NCBI GenBank assembly: GCA_002269645.1
Contig: NIVC01001523.1
Location: forward strand, 1-64,000
Length of the DNA: 64,000 nucleotides
Source: Macrostomum lignano
Lineage: Eukaryota
Direction of reading: 5' to 3'
The translations under genes were made by a program, and so were the position numbers. Of the stretch, positions 24,841 through 38,650 are shown in pieces. The notes below the pieces were generated by a model, which was given only the letters and a program-made list of their open reading frames with translations, was not told the DNA's origin and did not search any database. The stretch's first letter is position 1. Every line of letters starts with the position of its first letter.

Positions 24841-25429
24841 TGTATTTCTAGATGTGATTTTCATTGTCATTTTACAAGACGTTCTGACAACAGAATAGGC
24901 AAAGCAAAGGAAAAAATGTGCCCCTCTGAATCAGCCTTGCTTTCTCATTTTTTGTTTTGTAATTATTTTCAGAAGGATTCTGGTCAACTATACTCAAGGT
25001 CTTAGTCATGGATTATTTTCCCTTCGAACCAAACCTTGCTAAATTGGAACCATGAGTTTTGATTTTATCTTGCTTTATATTGCATTTAACCTTCCCATGT
25101 AACCTTAGCAACAATACAGCAGTGATGTCATAAAAAACTTCAACAATAAAAATCAACAAAGCCATTAAAGTCATAAATCAAAGTCTTGAAACTTATGGCT
25201 CTTGAAAATTTACATATGCGAGCTAGAATTCAACATTTGTAGCAAAGTTCCTAATGCTCTTTCGTTTGAGAGCCATCTCGTTAAAATATTGGAGCTTTTT
25301 TATAGATCGAGATCTACTTGACATTGTTTTATTGCCACCGCTGCTTAAACTCTGAACTTCCATTCTTTCAGTGCAGTCATTAAATTATCCCCTTCCTCTC
25401 GTTTCTCCCTTTATCAACTCTCCGTTCCT

Positions 25430-27165
25430 TTATCCTCTCTCCCTCCATCATCTCTCCCTCCCTCATCTCTCCCTCCATCATCTTTCCCTCCATCATCTCT
25501 CCGTCCCTCATCTCTCCCTCCATCATCTCTCCGTCACTCATCTCTCCCTCCATCATCTCTCCCTCCATCATCTCTCCGTCCATCATCTCTCCGTCCCTCA
25601 TCTCTCCCTCCATCATCTCTCCCTCCATCATCTCTCCCTCCATCATCTCTCCCTCCATCATCTCTCCCTCCCTCATCTCTCCCTCCATCATCTCTCCCTC
25701 CATCATCTCTCCCTCCATCATCTCTCCGTCCCTCATCTCTCCCTCCATCATCTCTCCCTCCATCATCTCTCCCTCCATCATCTCTCCCTCCATCATCTCT
25801 CCCTCCATCATCTCTCCGTCCATCATCTCTCCGTCCCTCATCTCTCCCTCCATCATCTCTCCCTCCATCATCTCTCCGTCACTCATCTCTCCCTCCATCA
25901 TCTCTCCCTCCATTATCTCTCCCTCCATCATCTCTCCCTCCATCATCTCTCCGTCCCTCATCTCTCCCTCCATCATCTCTCCCTCCATCATCTCTCCCTC
26001 CATCATCTCTCCCTCCATCATCTCTCCGTCCATCATCTCTCCGTCCCTCATCTCTCCCTCCATCATCTCTCCCTCCCTCATCTCTCCCTCCATCATCTCT
26101 CCCTCCATCATCTCTCCGTCCCTCATCTCTCCCTCCATCATCTCTCCGTCCATCATCTCTCCCTCCATCATCTCTCCCTCCATCATCTCTCCGTCCCTCA
26201 TCTCTCCCTCCATCATCTCTCCGTCCATCATCTCTCCGTCCCTCATCTCTCCCTCCATCATCTCTCCCTCCCTCATCTCTCCCTCCATCATCTCTCCCTC
26301 CCTCATCTCTCCCTCCATCATCTCTCCCTCCATCATCTCTCCGTCCCTCATCTCTCCCTCCATCATCTCTCCGTCCCTCATCTCTCCCTCCATCATCTCT
26401 CCCTCCCTCATCTCTCCCTCCATCATCTCTCCCTCCATTATCTCTCCCTCCATCATCTCTCCCTCCATCATCTCTCCGTCCCTCATCTCTCCCTCCATCA
26501 TCTCTCCCTCCATCATCTCTCCCTCCATCATCTCTCCCTCCATCATCTCTCCGTCCATCATCTCTCCGTCCCTCATCTCTCCCTCCATCATCTCTCCCTC
26601 CATCATCTCTCCCTCCATCATCTCTCCCTCCATTATCTCTCCCTCCATCATCTCTCCCTCCATCATCTCTCCGTCCCTCATCTCTCCCTCCATCATCTCT
26701 CCCTCCATCATCTCTCCCTCCATCATCTCTCCGTCCCTCATCTCTCCCTCCATCATCTCTCCGTCCCTCATCTCTCCCTCCATCATCTCTCCCTCCCTCA
26801 TCTCTCCCTCCATTATCTCTCCCTCCATCATCTCTCCGTCACTCATCTCTCTCTCCATCATCTCTCCCTCCATCATCTCTCTCCCTCCCTCATCTCTCCG
26901 TCCCTCATCTCTCCGTCCCTCATCTCTCCGTCCCTCATCTCTCTCTCCATCATCTCTCCGTCCCTCATCTCTCCCACCATCATCTCTCCCTACCTCATCT
27001 CTCCGTCCCTCATCTCTCCCTCCATCATCTCTCCGTCCCTCATCTCTCCCTCCATCATCTCTCCCTACCTCATCTCTCTGTCCCTCGTCTCTCCCTCCCT
27101 CATCTCTCCGTCCCTCATATCTCCCTCTCATCTATCCCTCCCTCCCGCCCTCATCTCTCCCTCCT
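25430..27165. repeat. 15 bp CT-rich minisatellite (ctctccctccatcat)
   Basis: More than 100 copies; source of the HHLSL/MMEGE pseudo-ORFs. Confidence 0.95.
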
Positions 27166-27266
27166 GAATTATCCTACATGAATTTATGAACTCAAAGCCG
27201 CTTCTATATGAAAATTGTTGCCACATCAACCGATGTCCCACTCCCACCTCTTCCACACTCCCTAAG

Positions 27267-27743
27267 CCTCAACCATCACCCGCCGGAGGACCCGCCTGCG
27301 ACCACAACGACATCGTGAACTTGAATGTCGGCGGTCGGCACTTCAGCACAACCCGGGGTACCCTTTGCCGCGACCCCGACTCCATGCTGGCTGCCATGTT
27401 CGGCGGCCGCTTTCTGCCCGGCGTGCGCGACAGCGACGACCGCGTCTTCATCGACAGAGACGGCGATGTGTTCTGTCACGTGATCAACTACCTGAGATCC
27501 ATGCGGCTGCAGGTCTGTCTGTCTGTGTGTCTGTGTGTCTGTCTGCCTGTCTGTTTGTGTGTCTGTCTGTGTCTGTCTGGCTGTGTGTCTGTCTGTCTGT
27601 GTGTCTTTCTGTGTCTGCCTGTCTCTGTGTCTTCCTGTCTGTGTGTCTGCCTGTCTGTGTGTCTGTCTGTGTGTGTGTGTGTCTGTCTGTCTGTCTGTGT
27701 GTCTGCCTGTCTGTGTGTCTGTGTGTCTGTCTGTGTGTGTGTG

Positions 27744-27774
<31 letters not shown>

Positions 27775-30700
27775 GTGTGTGTGTGTGTCTGTCTGTCTGT
27801 CTGTGTATCTGTGTGTCTGTCTCCTATCTACCTGTCTCCATATCTACCTGTCTCCATATCTACCTGTCTCCATATCTACCTGTCTCCATATCTACTTGTC
27901 TCCATATCTACTTGTCTCCATATCTACCTGTCTCCATATCTACCTGTCTCCATATCTACCTGTCTCCATATCTACCTGTCTCCATATCTACCTGTCTCCA
28001 TATCTACCTGTCTCCATATCTACCTGTCTCCATATCTACCTGTCTCCATATCTACCTGTCTCCATATCTACCTGTCTCCATATCCACCCCCAGGTTCCGG
28101 AGAACTTTGCCGACCGGGCCAGACTGCTTGCTGAAGCTGAATACTTCGGCCTGCGCCATTTGCAGGTGAGATTTCAGCTGATATTGTGAAACGATAAATT
28201 GTCTAATAAGCGAGAGGTTTCATAGCATGGACTGTCAATCAAAACCTGAGTGGTACTCTACTCCCCCGGCATGTGTACATGCACAGACAGACCCCAGACC
28301 GTTTGGGGCGGACTGGGGCGGTAAGTTGCGGTCAAACGAAGACCACCCAGAGCTGGGGGGGGGGGTCGAGAAGGGCGAGAGAAGTGAGGATCGGGGAGAG
28401 TTTTGGACTTTGGGGGAAAATGGGAAGAATTATTTTCAAGCTTCGCCTCCCTTCCCCGATCCCGCTAGCCAACCAACCCAGGGCTGAATTTCCCGCGTCC
28501 CTTCTCCCCTCTCACCGCCTCCTTTGCCTTCCCAGCCCCTCCTCAGCCCTAAGTCCATCCCACCCTGCCAAGACTCGGCTTCAGCGCTGCAAGCCCTCCC
28601 TGTTTCTGGCAAGTTGCCAAGCTGTTTAAAAAGCAGTTAACCCGCACTTTTCTACCAAAGCTGGATACGATCTAAGATTGACAAAGGGGAGAGGGGCAGT
28701 TGCCGCTTGGCAACTCGCTCTGCACTCCATCTGAGTAGATGGGTCGGTGAGCTCGAACTCGAACAGAACTCAAGGAGACAGCCGGTCAACTATTAAACAT
28801 TTATTGTTCATATTGATTATATTATTGCTATACTAGTAGTTTAAATTTGTTTATTAATAAACCAAAAAAGCATTTTGCGACAAGGTGAGAAGAGGTCATG
28901 CAGTTTGATGAAAACATGTTTTTTAATTGCTCATTCATGACTGAAATTAATCATTGTATATGAGCTTCATCTGATGCTGTTTATGAGCTTCATCTGATGC
29001 TGTTTATGAGCTTCATCTGATGCTGTTTATGAGCTTCATCTGATGCTGTTTATGAGCTTCATCTGGTGCTGTTTATGAGCTTCATCTGATGCTGTTTATG
29101 AGCTTCATCTGATGCTGTTTATGAGCTTCATCTGATGCTGTTTATGAGCTTCATCTGATGCTGTTTATAAGCTTGATCTGATGATGTTTATGAGCTTGAT
29201 CTGATGCTGTTTATGAGTTTCATCTGATGCTGTTTATGAGCTTGATCTGATGCTGTTTATGAGCTTGATCTGATGCTATATATGAGCTTCATCTGATGCT
29301 GTTTATGAGCTTGATCTGATGCTGTTTATGAGCTTCATCTGATGCTGTTTATGAGCTTGATCTGATGCTGTTTATGAGCTTCATCTGATGCTGTTTATGA
29401 GCTTCATCTGATGCTGTTTATGAGCTTGATCTGATGCTGTTTATGAGCTTGATCTGATGCTATATATGAGCTTGATCTGATGCTGTTTATGAGTTTCATC
29501 TGATGCTATTTATGAGTTTAATCTGATGCTATTTATGAGCTTCATCTGATGCTGTTTGTGAGCTTCATCTGATGATGTTTATGAGCTTGATCTGATGCTG
29601 TTTATGAGCTTGATCTGATGCTGTTTATGAGCTTGATCTGATGCTGTTTATGAGCTTCATCTGATGCTGTTTATGAGCTTGATCTGATGCTGTTTATGAG
29701 CTTGATCTGATGCTGTTTATGAGTTTCATCTGATGCTATTTATGAGCTTCATCTGATGCTGTTTGTGAGCTTCATCTGATGATGTTTATGAGCTTGATCT
29801 GATGCTGTTTATGAGCTTGATCTGATGCTTTTTATGAGCTTCATCTGATGCTGTTTATGAGCTTGATCTGATGCTGTTTATGAGCTTGATCTGATGCTGT
29901 TTATGAGTTTCATCTGATGCTATTTATGAGTTTAATCTGATGCTATTTATGAGCTTCATCTGATGCTGTTTGTGAGCTTCATCTGATGATGTTTATGAGC
30001 TTGATCTGATGCTGTTTATGAGCTTGATCTGATGCTGTTTATGAGCTTCATCTGATGCTTTTTATGAGCTTCATCTGATGCTGTTTATAAGCTTGATCTG
30101 ATGATGTTTATGAGCTTGATCTGATGCTGTTTATGAGTTTCATCTGATGCTGTTTATGAGTTTCATCTGATGCTGTTTATGAGCTTTATCTGATGCTGTT
30201 TATGAGCTTGATCTGATGCTATATATGAGCTTCATCTGATGCTGTTTATGAGCTTGATCTGATGCTGTTTATGAGCTTGATCTGATGCTGTTTATGAGCT
30301 TCATCTGATGCTGTTTATGAGCTTCATCTGATGCTGTTTATGAGCTTCATCTGATGCTGTTTATGAGCTTGATCTGATGCTGTTTATGAGCTTGATCTGA
30401 TGCTATATATGAGCTTCATCTGATGCTGTTTTTGAGCTTGATCTGATGCTGTTTATGAGCTTGATCTGATGCTATATATGAGCTTCATCTGATGCTGTTT
30501 ATGAGCTTGATCTGATGCTGTTTGTGAGCTTCATCTGATGATGTTTATGAGCTTGATCTGATGCTGTTTATGAGCTTCATCTGATGCTGTTTATGAGCTT
30601 CATCTGATGCTTTTTATGAGCTTCATCTGATGCTGTTTATGAGCTTGATCTGATGCTGTTTATGAGTTTCATCTGATGCTATTTATGAGCTTCATCTGAT

Positions 30701-31352
30701 GCTGTTTGTGAGCTTCATCTGACCCCGTCATTCGTATTAGTTTTTATTAGAATCTCAAAATTACCTGACACCAACTGTGACCTGGCCAATTCCTCAGGAG
30801 CTGCTCACCAGCCACCGCTCCGTCGAGCAGCACTCGACAGCAAAGCGATTCGTGGAGCTCTGGCTGATGGAGTCGGCGCCCAGCTGCCTGGAGCAGTTCT
30901 ACCATCCGCACTACGCCAAGACAAAAACTGTGGCCAGAATCAGCGGCCCCGAAGCCGTCATCCGCCGTCTGGAACTCGACTGCACCTGCCAGAGAGAGGA
31001 CTCAAAGTTGGCGAGTACGCCAACCGAGCGCTCCCAGATGGACAGGTGTCGAACGATGCGTCTGGAGCTGCAGGACAATCAGGACAAGTTGAACTACCTC
31101 GCCGAGCTGTGCAGAATTGGCGGCAGAATTGTCAGCCACAGCAGCAGCATGACGATTGACAGCCAGCCAAGTCCACCCTGCCATCGCAGCTTCGAACGCT
31201 ACCTGCTCGAGTTCAGCTTTGTTGATCCCTCCGCTGAGCAGAAGGAGAATGACGGCGCTGGCGCTACTCAGGTCTGCGGCGACTGCGTGGGAGCCCGGCT
31301 GCCCTTGGGGTCACTTATGGTTGACAAGGCGGTGCCCATTGTGATTGATTGA
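27267..31352 (+). CDS. KCTD-family BTB/T1-domain protein; exons about 27267-27512 (5' end uncertain, genomic ATG at 27186), 28094-28165, 30798-31352
   Basis: [31 protein letters not shown]...[17 protein letters not shown]...[10 protein letters not shown] is a classic KCTD T1 domain. Phase-0 GT-AG joins. Confidence 0.88.
27513..28083. repeat. (GTCT/GT)n microsatellite followed by a 16 bp repeat (ctacctgtctccatat); together they make up KCTD intron 1
   Basis: Direct observation. Confidence 0.92.
28962..30722. repeat. 23 bp minisatellite (gagcttcatctgatgctgtttat)
   Basis: About 76 copies in KCTD intron 2. Confidence 0.95.
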
Positions 31353-31384
31353 TTGCTGTCAGTGCTGCGACAAGAGATGACCGG

Positions 31385-31905
31385 CTCCATTCTTCCCCTT
31401 CTACCGCCTCCATTCTTCCCCTTCTACCGCCTCCATTCTTCCCTTCTACCACCTCCATTCTTCCCCTTCTACCCCCTCCATTCTTCCCCTTCTACCGCCT
31501 CCATTCTTCCCCTTCTACCGCCTCCATTCTTCCCTTCTACCGCCTCCATTCTTCCCCTTCTACCGCCTCCATTCTTCCCTTCTACCGCCTCCATTCTTCC
31601 CCTTCTACCACCTCCATTCTTCCCTCAACCACCTTCATTATTCCCCTTCTACCACCTTCATTCTTCCCCTTCTACCGCCTCCATTCTTCCCTTCTACCGC
31701 CTCCATTCTTCCCTCAACCACCTTCATTCTTCCCCTTCTACCGCCTCCATTCTTCCCCTTCTACCGCCTCCATTCTTCCCCTTCTACCGCCTCCATTCTT
31801 CCCCTTTTACCGCCTCCATTCTTCCCCTTCTACCGCCTCCATTCTTCCCCTTCTACCGCCTCCATTCTTCCCCTTCTACCGCCTCCATTCTTCCCTCAAC
31901 CACCT
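31385..31905. repeat. 23 bp CT-rich minisatellite (ccgcctccattcttccccttcta)
   Basis: Tandem periodicity in the KCTD 3' region. Confidence 0.92.
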
Positions 31906-33884
31906 CCGCGGTAGGAAGCCAGTTTTGCAGCCATAAAGTCAGTCAACTCAGGTAAGCTTCAAAGTCAATCTACCAATTAAAATTAGTGGAATTCAAATTA
32001 CAGAACTTTAGCAACTTTGGATAGTCAAGGTTTTCAATAAAATAAAAAATTCAACAAACTTTATTTCGTTTTGTCATTATCGAATTTGTTATAATTAGCA
32101 GAAATTTTCATTACAACCACTTCTCATCGTGCGTTTTCAAGTTCACGAACTTCAGTCTCAGTGGTGCAGCCTGGCACCCAGTAGTTAAATGTTTTATTTG
32201 GTTAGTATTTGCTTTAACTTTATCACTCGGTTTTAGTTAGTTTTCTTTAATAAGTAAAAAATTACTAAGAAGCAACAGCAAGTTGACAACAGAATGCTAC
32301 CTCACAGCCTTGGGCGCAGTTCTCTAATCCCTCTGATTGAGGTAAAACTGTACCCACAGGTGTAATAAATTTTACCTCGTGTCACGTAAAATATCGCAAC
32401 AAGTTTTGTTATAATCGTATTCTTAATTCCATAATTTACCTAGGAATCCACAATGTCATTGTTAATATTCATATTGCTAAAATTTTTGTTTGATTTAACT
32501 ACAAAACATTTTGTTTTGTGGAACTAAAATTTCATGGCTGAAATTAAAAAAAACAATTCTAGATTGAGTTCAAACTTTAATTTAAAAGTATTTATTCATA
32601 CCAATTATTAAAGCTTTAACTTTTAGTTCATTTCGAAAAGGAAATCATACCAGGATTAATAAAAGCTACGAGTAATTAATTGAACTAATTAAAAGTTTAA
32701 TCTCAATTGTGCACTCATTTATCTGCTTCAATATTAAAACTATACAATTAAAACAAATATCATTTGTTAATTAACTAGTTAACTAAAGTGCCACGAAATT
32801 TATGAAAAACAATGCTATCAAAAAGAGAAGAATTCGTTAATTTTGCTTTCTTTTCTTTTAATTTATTATAACAAATCAAATGTGCTCTCAACCGTGGACG
32901 AGATGGCGCCCGAAAGTTTGTAAATAGAATTTAGTTTTTACCGTTCCTTAATCGCTAGGCTTAGGTCGTTCCCATACAAATTTGTGCATCATTCACGCCA
33001 TCACGTCGAACAGAATTGAAAATAAACGCAGCGTTTTGAAAGATCCCGAGAATGTCTGTACAATATTCAATATGGCTATTGCATGGTTTGGTATGGTGGG
33101 ATAGAGAACCTGCTCTCACTTATTTTCTCATTAAAAATTCACGCCAATTGTAATAAAATCTATTCGCTTCAATCATTTCTGTCGCTTTTGCTTTTTTGCT
33201 TATCTGATCCGAATCAAAAAATAATAAAAATGTCAAACCAAAAATCTTTTATTCTAGTGGTTTCTGCACTACTCTACTTAGATCACGATGTGTTAGTAGT
33301 GTGTGACGCGTTGTTTTCTTACTTTTCAGTCTGATTCGCTTGAAACTGTCTCTGATACTTTTCTGTGTTGTATTTTTTGTTAAAATTCAACAGCCAGTTA
33401 TACTTGGCCGAGTTGCGGACGCGCTTCAATGGTACACACTTCTGTATAGATTTGCCTGCTCGATCTATTACGTACTTAAACTATTGAAATTGATCAATAC
33501 ATACGATTTGCACCCTTATTTTCTTAGCCGTTATCAAAACTATCCAACCTATTCAATTTTAAATGCATGTCTACAAGTAGAATTACGAGGCTAAATATTT
33601 GTTGTTTTATTTTTTGGCGCTCTCCCATCTAAACACCCAGCTCTATTGAATGATGCAAGTTTTCCTGAAAGGTACTTCGGCTAGAGGAACAAATATATTT
33701 GCTGTCTAATGGGTCATCAACTCATAGCTTTTGTTTGAATTTTTTCGTAAATTTGCGTCGCAAAAGATCGTAATATTGACTGACTCCTGGCACTGATGCG
33801 CAGTTGACCAAAGCAGGAGTTTTCATTTAGGGGGGCCGCAACCCTTGGGGCGCCAATATTCGGTATCTATATTGGCACCCCTGT

Positions 33885-34210
33885 CTCGGGTTGGCGCCCC
33901 TGTCTCTTCGTTGGCGCCCCTGTCTGTCTTGGGTTGGCGCCCCTGTCTCTTGGGTTGGCGCCCCTGTCTCTTGGTTGGCGCCCCTGTCTCTTGGGTTGGC
34001 GCCCCTGTCTCTTGGGTTGGCGCCCCTGTCTCTTGGTTGGCGCCCCTGTCTCTTGGGTTGGCGCCCCTGTCTCTTGGGTTGGCGCCCCTGTCTCTTGGGT
34101 TGGCGCCCCTGTCTCTCGGGTTGGCGCCCCTGTCTCGGGTTGGCGCCCCTGTCTGTCTTGGGTTGGCGCCCCTGTCTGTCTTGGGTTGGCGCCCTGTCTC
34201 TTCGTTGGCG
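33885..34210. repeat. About 21 bp minisatellite (gttggcgcccctgtctcttgg)
   Basis: Tandem periodicity. Confidence 0.92.
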
Positions 34211-34576
34211 CGCCACTCCTGTCTCAGCTACATGTAGGCCTGTGGATGCCAGGTCTAAGAGGTGATAAAAGTTGCGCTCCTGTCATTTTTGTCAGCTTGG
34301 TTGCAGCTCTTTCATCTTCAGTTTTTTGACGATCGTGGCCCCCTCCCCCTGCCCCAATCTGTGTAGGCCATTTGTGTTGTAAAAAAGGCTTTATTCAAAA
34401 TGCTTTTGCCATTTAGCATGCCGATACCATGAGCATGCAAGGGTTGCCACGCCCATTAATTACATGTAATAACTGGCAATTTTAATGTACAAAGGTAATT
34501 ATAAATTGGTAAACAATATTAGATCTCAGTCTAAATTCCTGCCTTCTAAAATTTATGAGGTATATCATATTTTTAT

Positions 34577-35147
34577 CCCAAGATGGCGCTCCCAAGATGG
34601 CGCTCCCAAGATGGCGCTACCAAGATGGCGCTGCCAAGATGGCGCTCTCAAAATATGGCGCTCCCAAGATGGCGCTGCCAAGATGGCGCTATCAAGATGG
34701 CGCTACCAAGATGGCGCTCCCAAAAGATGGCGCTCCCAAGATGGCGCTCCCAAGATGGCGTTACCAAGATGGCGCTACCAAGATGGCGCTATCAAGATGG
34801 CGCTGCCAAGATGGCGCTACTAAGATGGCGCTACCAAGATGGCGCTACCAAGATGGCGCTCCCAAAAGATGGCGCTCCCAAGATGGCGCTACCAAGATGG
34901 CGCTACCAAGATGGCGCTCCCAAGATGGCGCTACCAAGATGGCGCTACCAAGATGGCGCTCCCAAGATGGCGCTCCCAAAAGATGGCGCTCCCAAGATGG
35001 CGCTACCAAGATGGCGCTCCCAAGATGGCGCTACCAAGATGGCGCTACCAAGATGGCGCTCCCAAGATGGCGCTACCAAGATGGCGCTACCAAGATGGCG
35101 CTCCCAAGATGGCGCTACCAAGATGGCGCTACCAAGATGGCGCCTCT
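34577..35147. repeat. 14 bp minisatellite (ccaagatggcgct[a/c]), about 40 copies
   Basis: Tandem periodicity; nearly every unit contains CAAGATGGCG. Confidence 0.95.
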
Positions 35148-35884
35148 ATGGTGTGACCCCAAGGACAGAGCCCCAAAATGGCGCCCCAAGGCATCCCCAC
35201 GTCATGCAGCTAATTAGCTGGCCATAGTAAGCCCTAGAATACCCTGGAGCGTGATTAAGGCTATTTAGCTAACAACGAAACCACAGGTACCCGCGCAGCT
35301 CCTGCTTCAAACGGCCTTATGCAGGTAGCTAATGATGAAGCTCTTTGCAACCCGTCTATCTCACCTCATGCATCATGCTGTAAAAAAACCACCCCCTGCA
35401 GAGGCCAATGCAAATCAAAATAATAAAGCGATAAAATTATCCAGTAGGAATTTATGACTATCAATCTATTTATCAATTATACTAGTTTAAATATTTAATG
35501 ACTTTATGAGGCTGACGCATAATGACTGTACATCTGCGCTGTCTTTGATGAATTTCAACGCATTTCATTGGTTGGAGTTTGAGCAATCAGTTTTCCCAGA
35601 GCCCTGTCCCCATTCTCCCACCCCATTTGTGTTGATATTCTGTTGCAGCGGACTCACTTGAGACTGGAATCCCCGTAGCCCTCAGCTGCACTCCACTAGC
35701 TACATTATAGCATCTGACTGGTTTCCTACTGCTGATCAAATGCACCAGCAGATTGTTCAACAATTTAAATCTGCTTAGCTTTGCGAATCTCTTCTACTCC
35801 ATTTGGGGTAAGCTTGGCGTTGCTTCGGTGTGGCTACTGCTTGACGTGTGTTGCACTTTAGCGATTGTAGCTGTAGCTATCGAG

Positions 35885-36245
35885 TCATCTTGTCATCTAA
35901 TCTAGCTGTCTCTCAGGTATCTAGTCATCTTGTCATCTAATCTAGGTGTCTCTCAGGTATCTAGTCATCTTGTCATCTAATCTAGGTGTCTCTTAGGTAT
36001 CTAGTCATCTTGTCATCTAATCTAGGTGTCTCTTAGGTATCTAGTCATCTTGTCATCTAATCTAGGTGTCTCTTAGGTATCTAGTCATCTTGTCATCTAA
36101 TCTAGGTGTCTCTCAGGTATCTAGTCATCTTGTCATCTAATCTAGCTGTCTCTCAGGTATCTAGTCATCTTGTCATCTAATCTAGCTGTCTCTCAGGTAT
36201 CTAGTCATCTTGTCATCTAATCTAGCTAGGTAAGCATCTAGTCAT
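35885..36245. repeat. 40 bp minisatellite (atctagtcatcttgtcatctaatctaggtgtctctcaggt)
   Basis: About 9 copies. Confidence 0.93.
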
Positions 36246-36664
36246 CTAATTCAAAACTATCTAAAACTCACTCATCTGCAGTTCGTACTCAAAGTTTAAC
36301 AAAGTCATCTAAAGGCAGAGGGACAAATCAAGTTTCAACTAAGCAGCATGCAGCCCCATCATCATTGAATACCAGTCTCCGCTCAGGACTGTTGGATTGG
36401 GAGGGCGCATATTTTGATTAAATTAACTGGTTTTTTCACTTCATACGCGTCCGCTCCCATCTGTATGCAGCGCCTGCAGTATTTCTCGATTCTCTTCTCT
36501 TTTTGGCGTGTTCGATTTGCGGCAGAAAAAAAGCTGGACTACGGGAACGCATTGTCTGTCAGTTCAGTCAGCTGGGCCTCCTGTCGTTTTCTCTGCTGTG
36601 CATCCGGGTTTTTTTTATTGCATCCTCTGCTGCATCATCGTTTGACCGACACTGCTGCCTCATC

Positions 36665-37500
36665 TCCTAGTCTCTAGATTGTTGTCTCTAGTCTCTATAT
36701 TAATGCTCTAGTCTCTAGATTGATGCCTCTAGTCTCTAGATTGATGCCTCTAGTCTCTAGATTGTTGTCTCTAGTCTCTAGATTGATGCCTCTAGTCTCT
36801 AGATTGTTGTCTCTAGTCTCTATATTAATGCTCTAGTCTCTAGATTGATGCCTCTAGTCTCTAGATTGATGCCTCTAGTCTCTAGATTGTTGTCTCTAGT
36901 CTCTAGATTGATGCCTCTAGTCTCTAGATTGTTGTATCTAGTCTCTATATTAATGCTCTAGTCTCTATATTAATGCCTCTAGTCTCTAGATTGATGCCTC
37001 TAGTCTCTAGATTGATGCCTCTAGTCTCTAGATTGATGCCTCTAGTCTCTAGATTGATGCCTCTAGTCTCTAGATTGATGCCTCTAGTCTCTAGATTGAT
37101 GCCTCTAGTCTCTAGATTGATGCCTCTATAGTCTCTAGATTGTTGTCTCTAGTCTCTAGATTGTTGTCTCTAGTCTCTAGATTGATGCCTCTAGTCTCTA
37201 GATTGATGCCTCTAGTCTCTAGATTGATGCCTCTAGTCTCTAGATTGATGCCTCTAGTCTCTAGATTGATGCCTCTAGTCTCTAGATTGATGCCTCTAGT
37301 CTCTAGAATAACGCCTCTTGTCTCTTGTTGTCCCTGGTCTCTAGATTGTGGTCTCTAGTCTCTAGATGGTTGTCTCTAGTCTCTAGATTGTGGTCTCTAG
37401 TCTCTAGATTGTTGCCTCTAGTCCCTAGATTATTGTCTCTAGTCTCTAGATCAGTGTCTCTAGATTATATATATTTGTCTCTAAGTCTCTAGAATATTGT
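36665..37500. repeat. 21 bp minisatellite (ctctagtctctagattgatgc)
   Basis: Tandem periodicity. Confidence 0.93.
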
Positions 37501-38054
37501 CTCAAGTTTCTAGATTACTCTCCAGACGCTAGATTATTGTTTAAATAGTCTAGTCTCGGTCTCTAGTATCTAGGTATCTACACACTTCTCTGTCCTCCAT
37601 TCCCTCCCTCTTCCCTCTGCACAGTTTATCTGGAAAGTCTAATTTAATAATGTTCTTAAACCGCCACAGAAATTAGACTACACTATTTTATGCAGTTACA
37701 TGCCACTAGCGCCTGCTCAACCGCAAGGACTGGTTCATCTGAATAATTGAAATTCTGAAACTCTCCGGAGGGGGGGGGTAAAACTTCTCCAACAACACCT
37801 GCATCGTATCTTTGGCGCTATCGTGAATCTAAAATTCCGCTATCTATCGATGCGTTGTTGGATGTCTGATATTGAGGTCAGCGGAATGTAGACACAATCA
37901 ACTGCCCGCCCGCTTCAAGCCCTAACCCCCCCCCCTGATACCTTTAGCTGAAGGATTTCTTTATTTATTTATTTATGTATTCACACCGGGGCACCGTTGA
38001 GATTTGATCTCAAATTACTTAGAAATTGCGTTTGAATTAGATAGCTTCTCCGCC

Positions 38055-38650
38055 GTATCTCTCCCTCTCCTTCTCATCTTCCCCTCTCTTCTCTCCCTCT
38101 CCCTCTCTTCTCTCCCTCTCCCTCTCTTCTCTCCCTCTCCCTCTCTTCTCTCCCTCTCTCTCCCTCTCCATATCTTCTCTCCCTCTCCCTCTCTTCTCTC
38201 CCTCTCCATATCTTCTCTCCCTCTCCATATCTTCTCTCCCTCTCCCTCTCTTCTCTCCCTCTCCCTCTCTTCTCTCCCTCTCCCTCTCTTCTCTCCCTCT
38301 CCCTCTCTTCTCTCCCTCTCTCTCCCTCTCCATATCTTCTCTCCCTCTCCCTCTCTTCTCTCCTCTCCATATCTTCTCTCCCTCTCCATATCTTCTCTCC
38401 CTCTCCCTCTCTTCTCTCCCTCTCCCTCTCTTCTCTCCCTCTCTCTCCCTCTCCATATCTTCTCTCCCTCTCCCTCTCTTCTCTCCCTCTCCATATCTTC
38501 TCTCCCTCTCCATATCTTCTCTCCCTCTCCCTCTCTTCTCTCCCTCTCCCTCTCTTCTCTGCCTCTCCGCTCTTTCTCTCACCTCTCCCTCTCTGCTCTC
38601 CCTCTACCGCTCTTCTACTCTACCATCTCCAATCTCCCTCTCCGCTGTCT
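38055..38650. repeat. CT-rich low-complexity repeat
   Basis: Direct observation. Confidence 0.9.

Noticed and set aside
25371-27167. 598-aa His/Leu/Ser ORF and 583-aa MMEGE ORF
   Set aside because: Both are translations of a 15-bp tandem repeat that lacks stops, with no non-repeat domain or splice support.
33828-34345. AGGGGGGCC...GGCCCCCT as MITE TIRs around the 21-bp array
   Set aside because: Short low-complexity match with no matching TSD.
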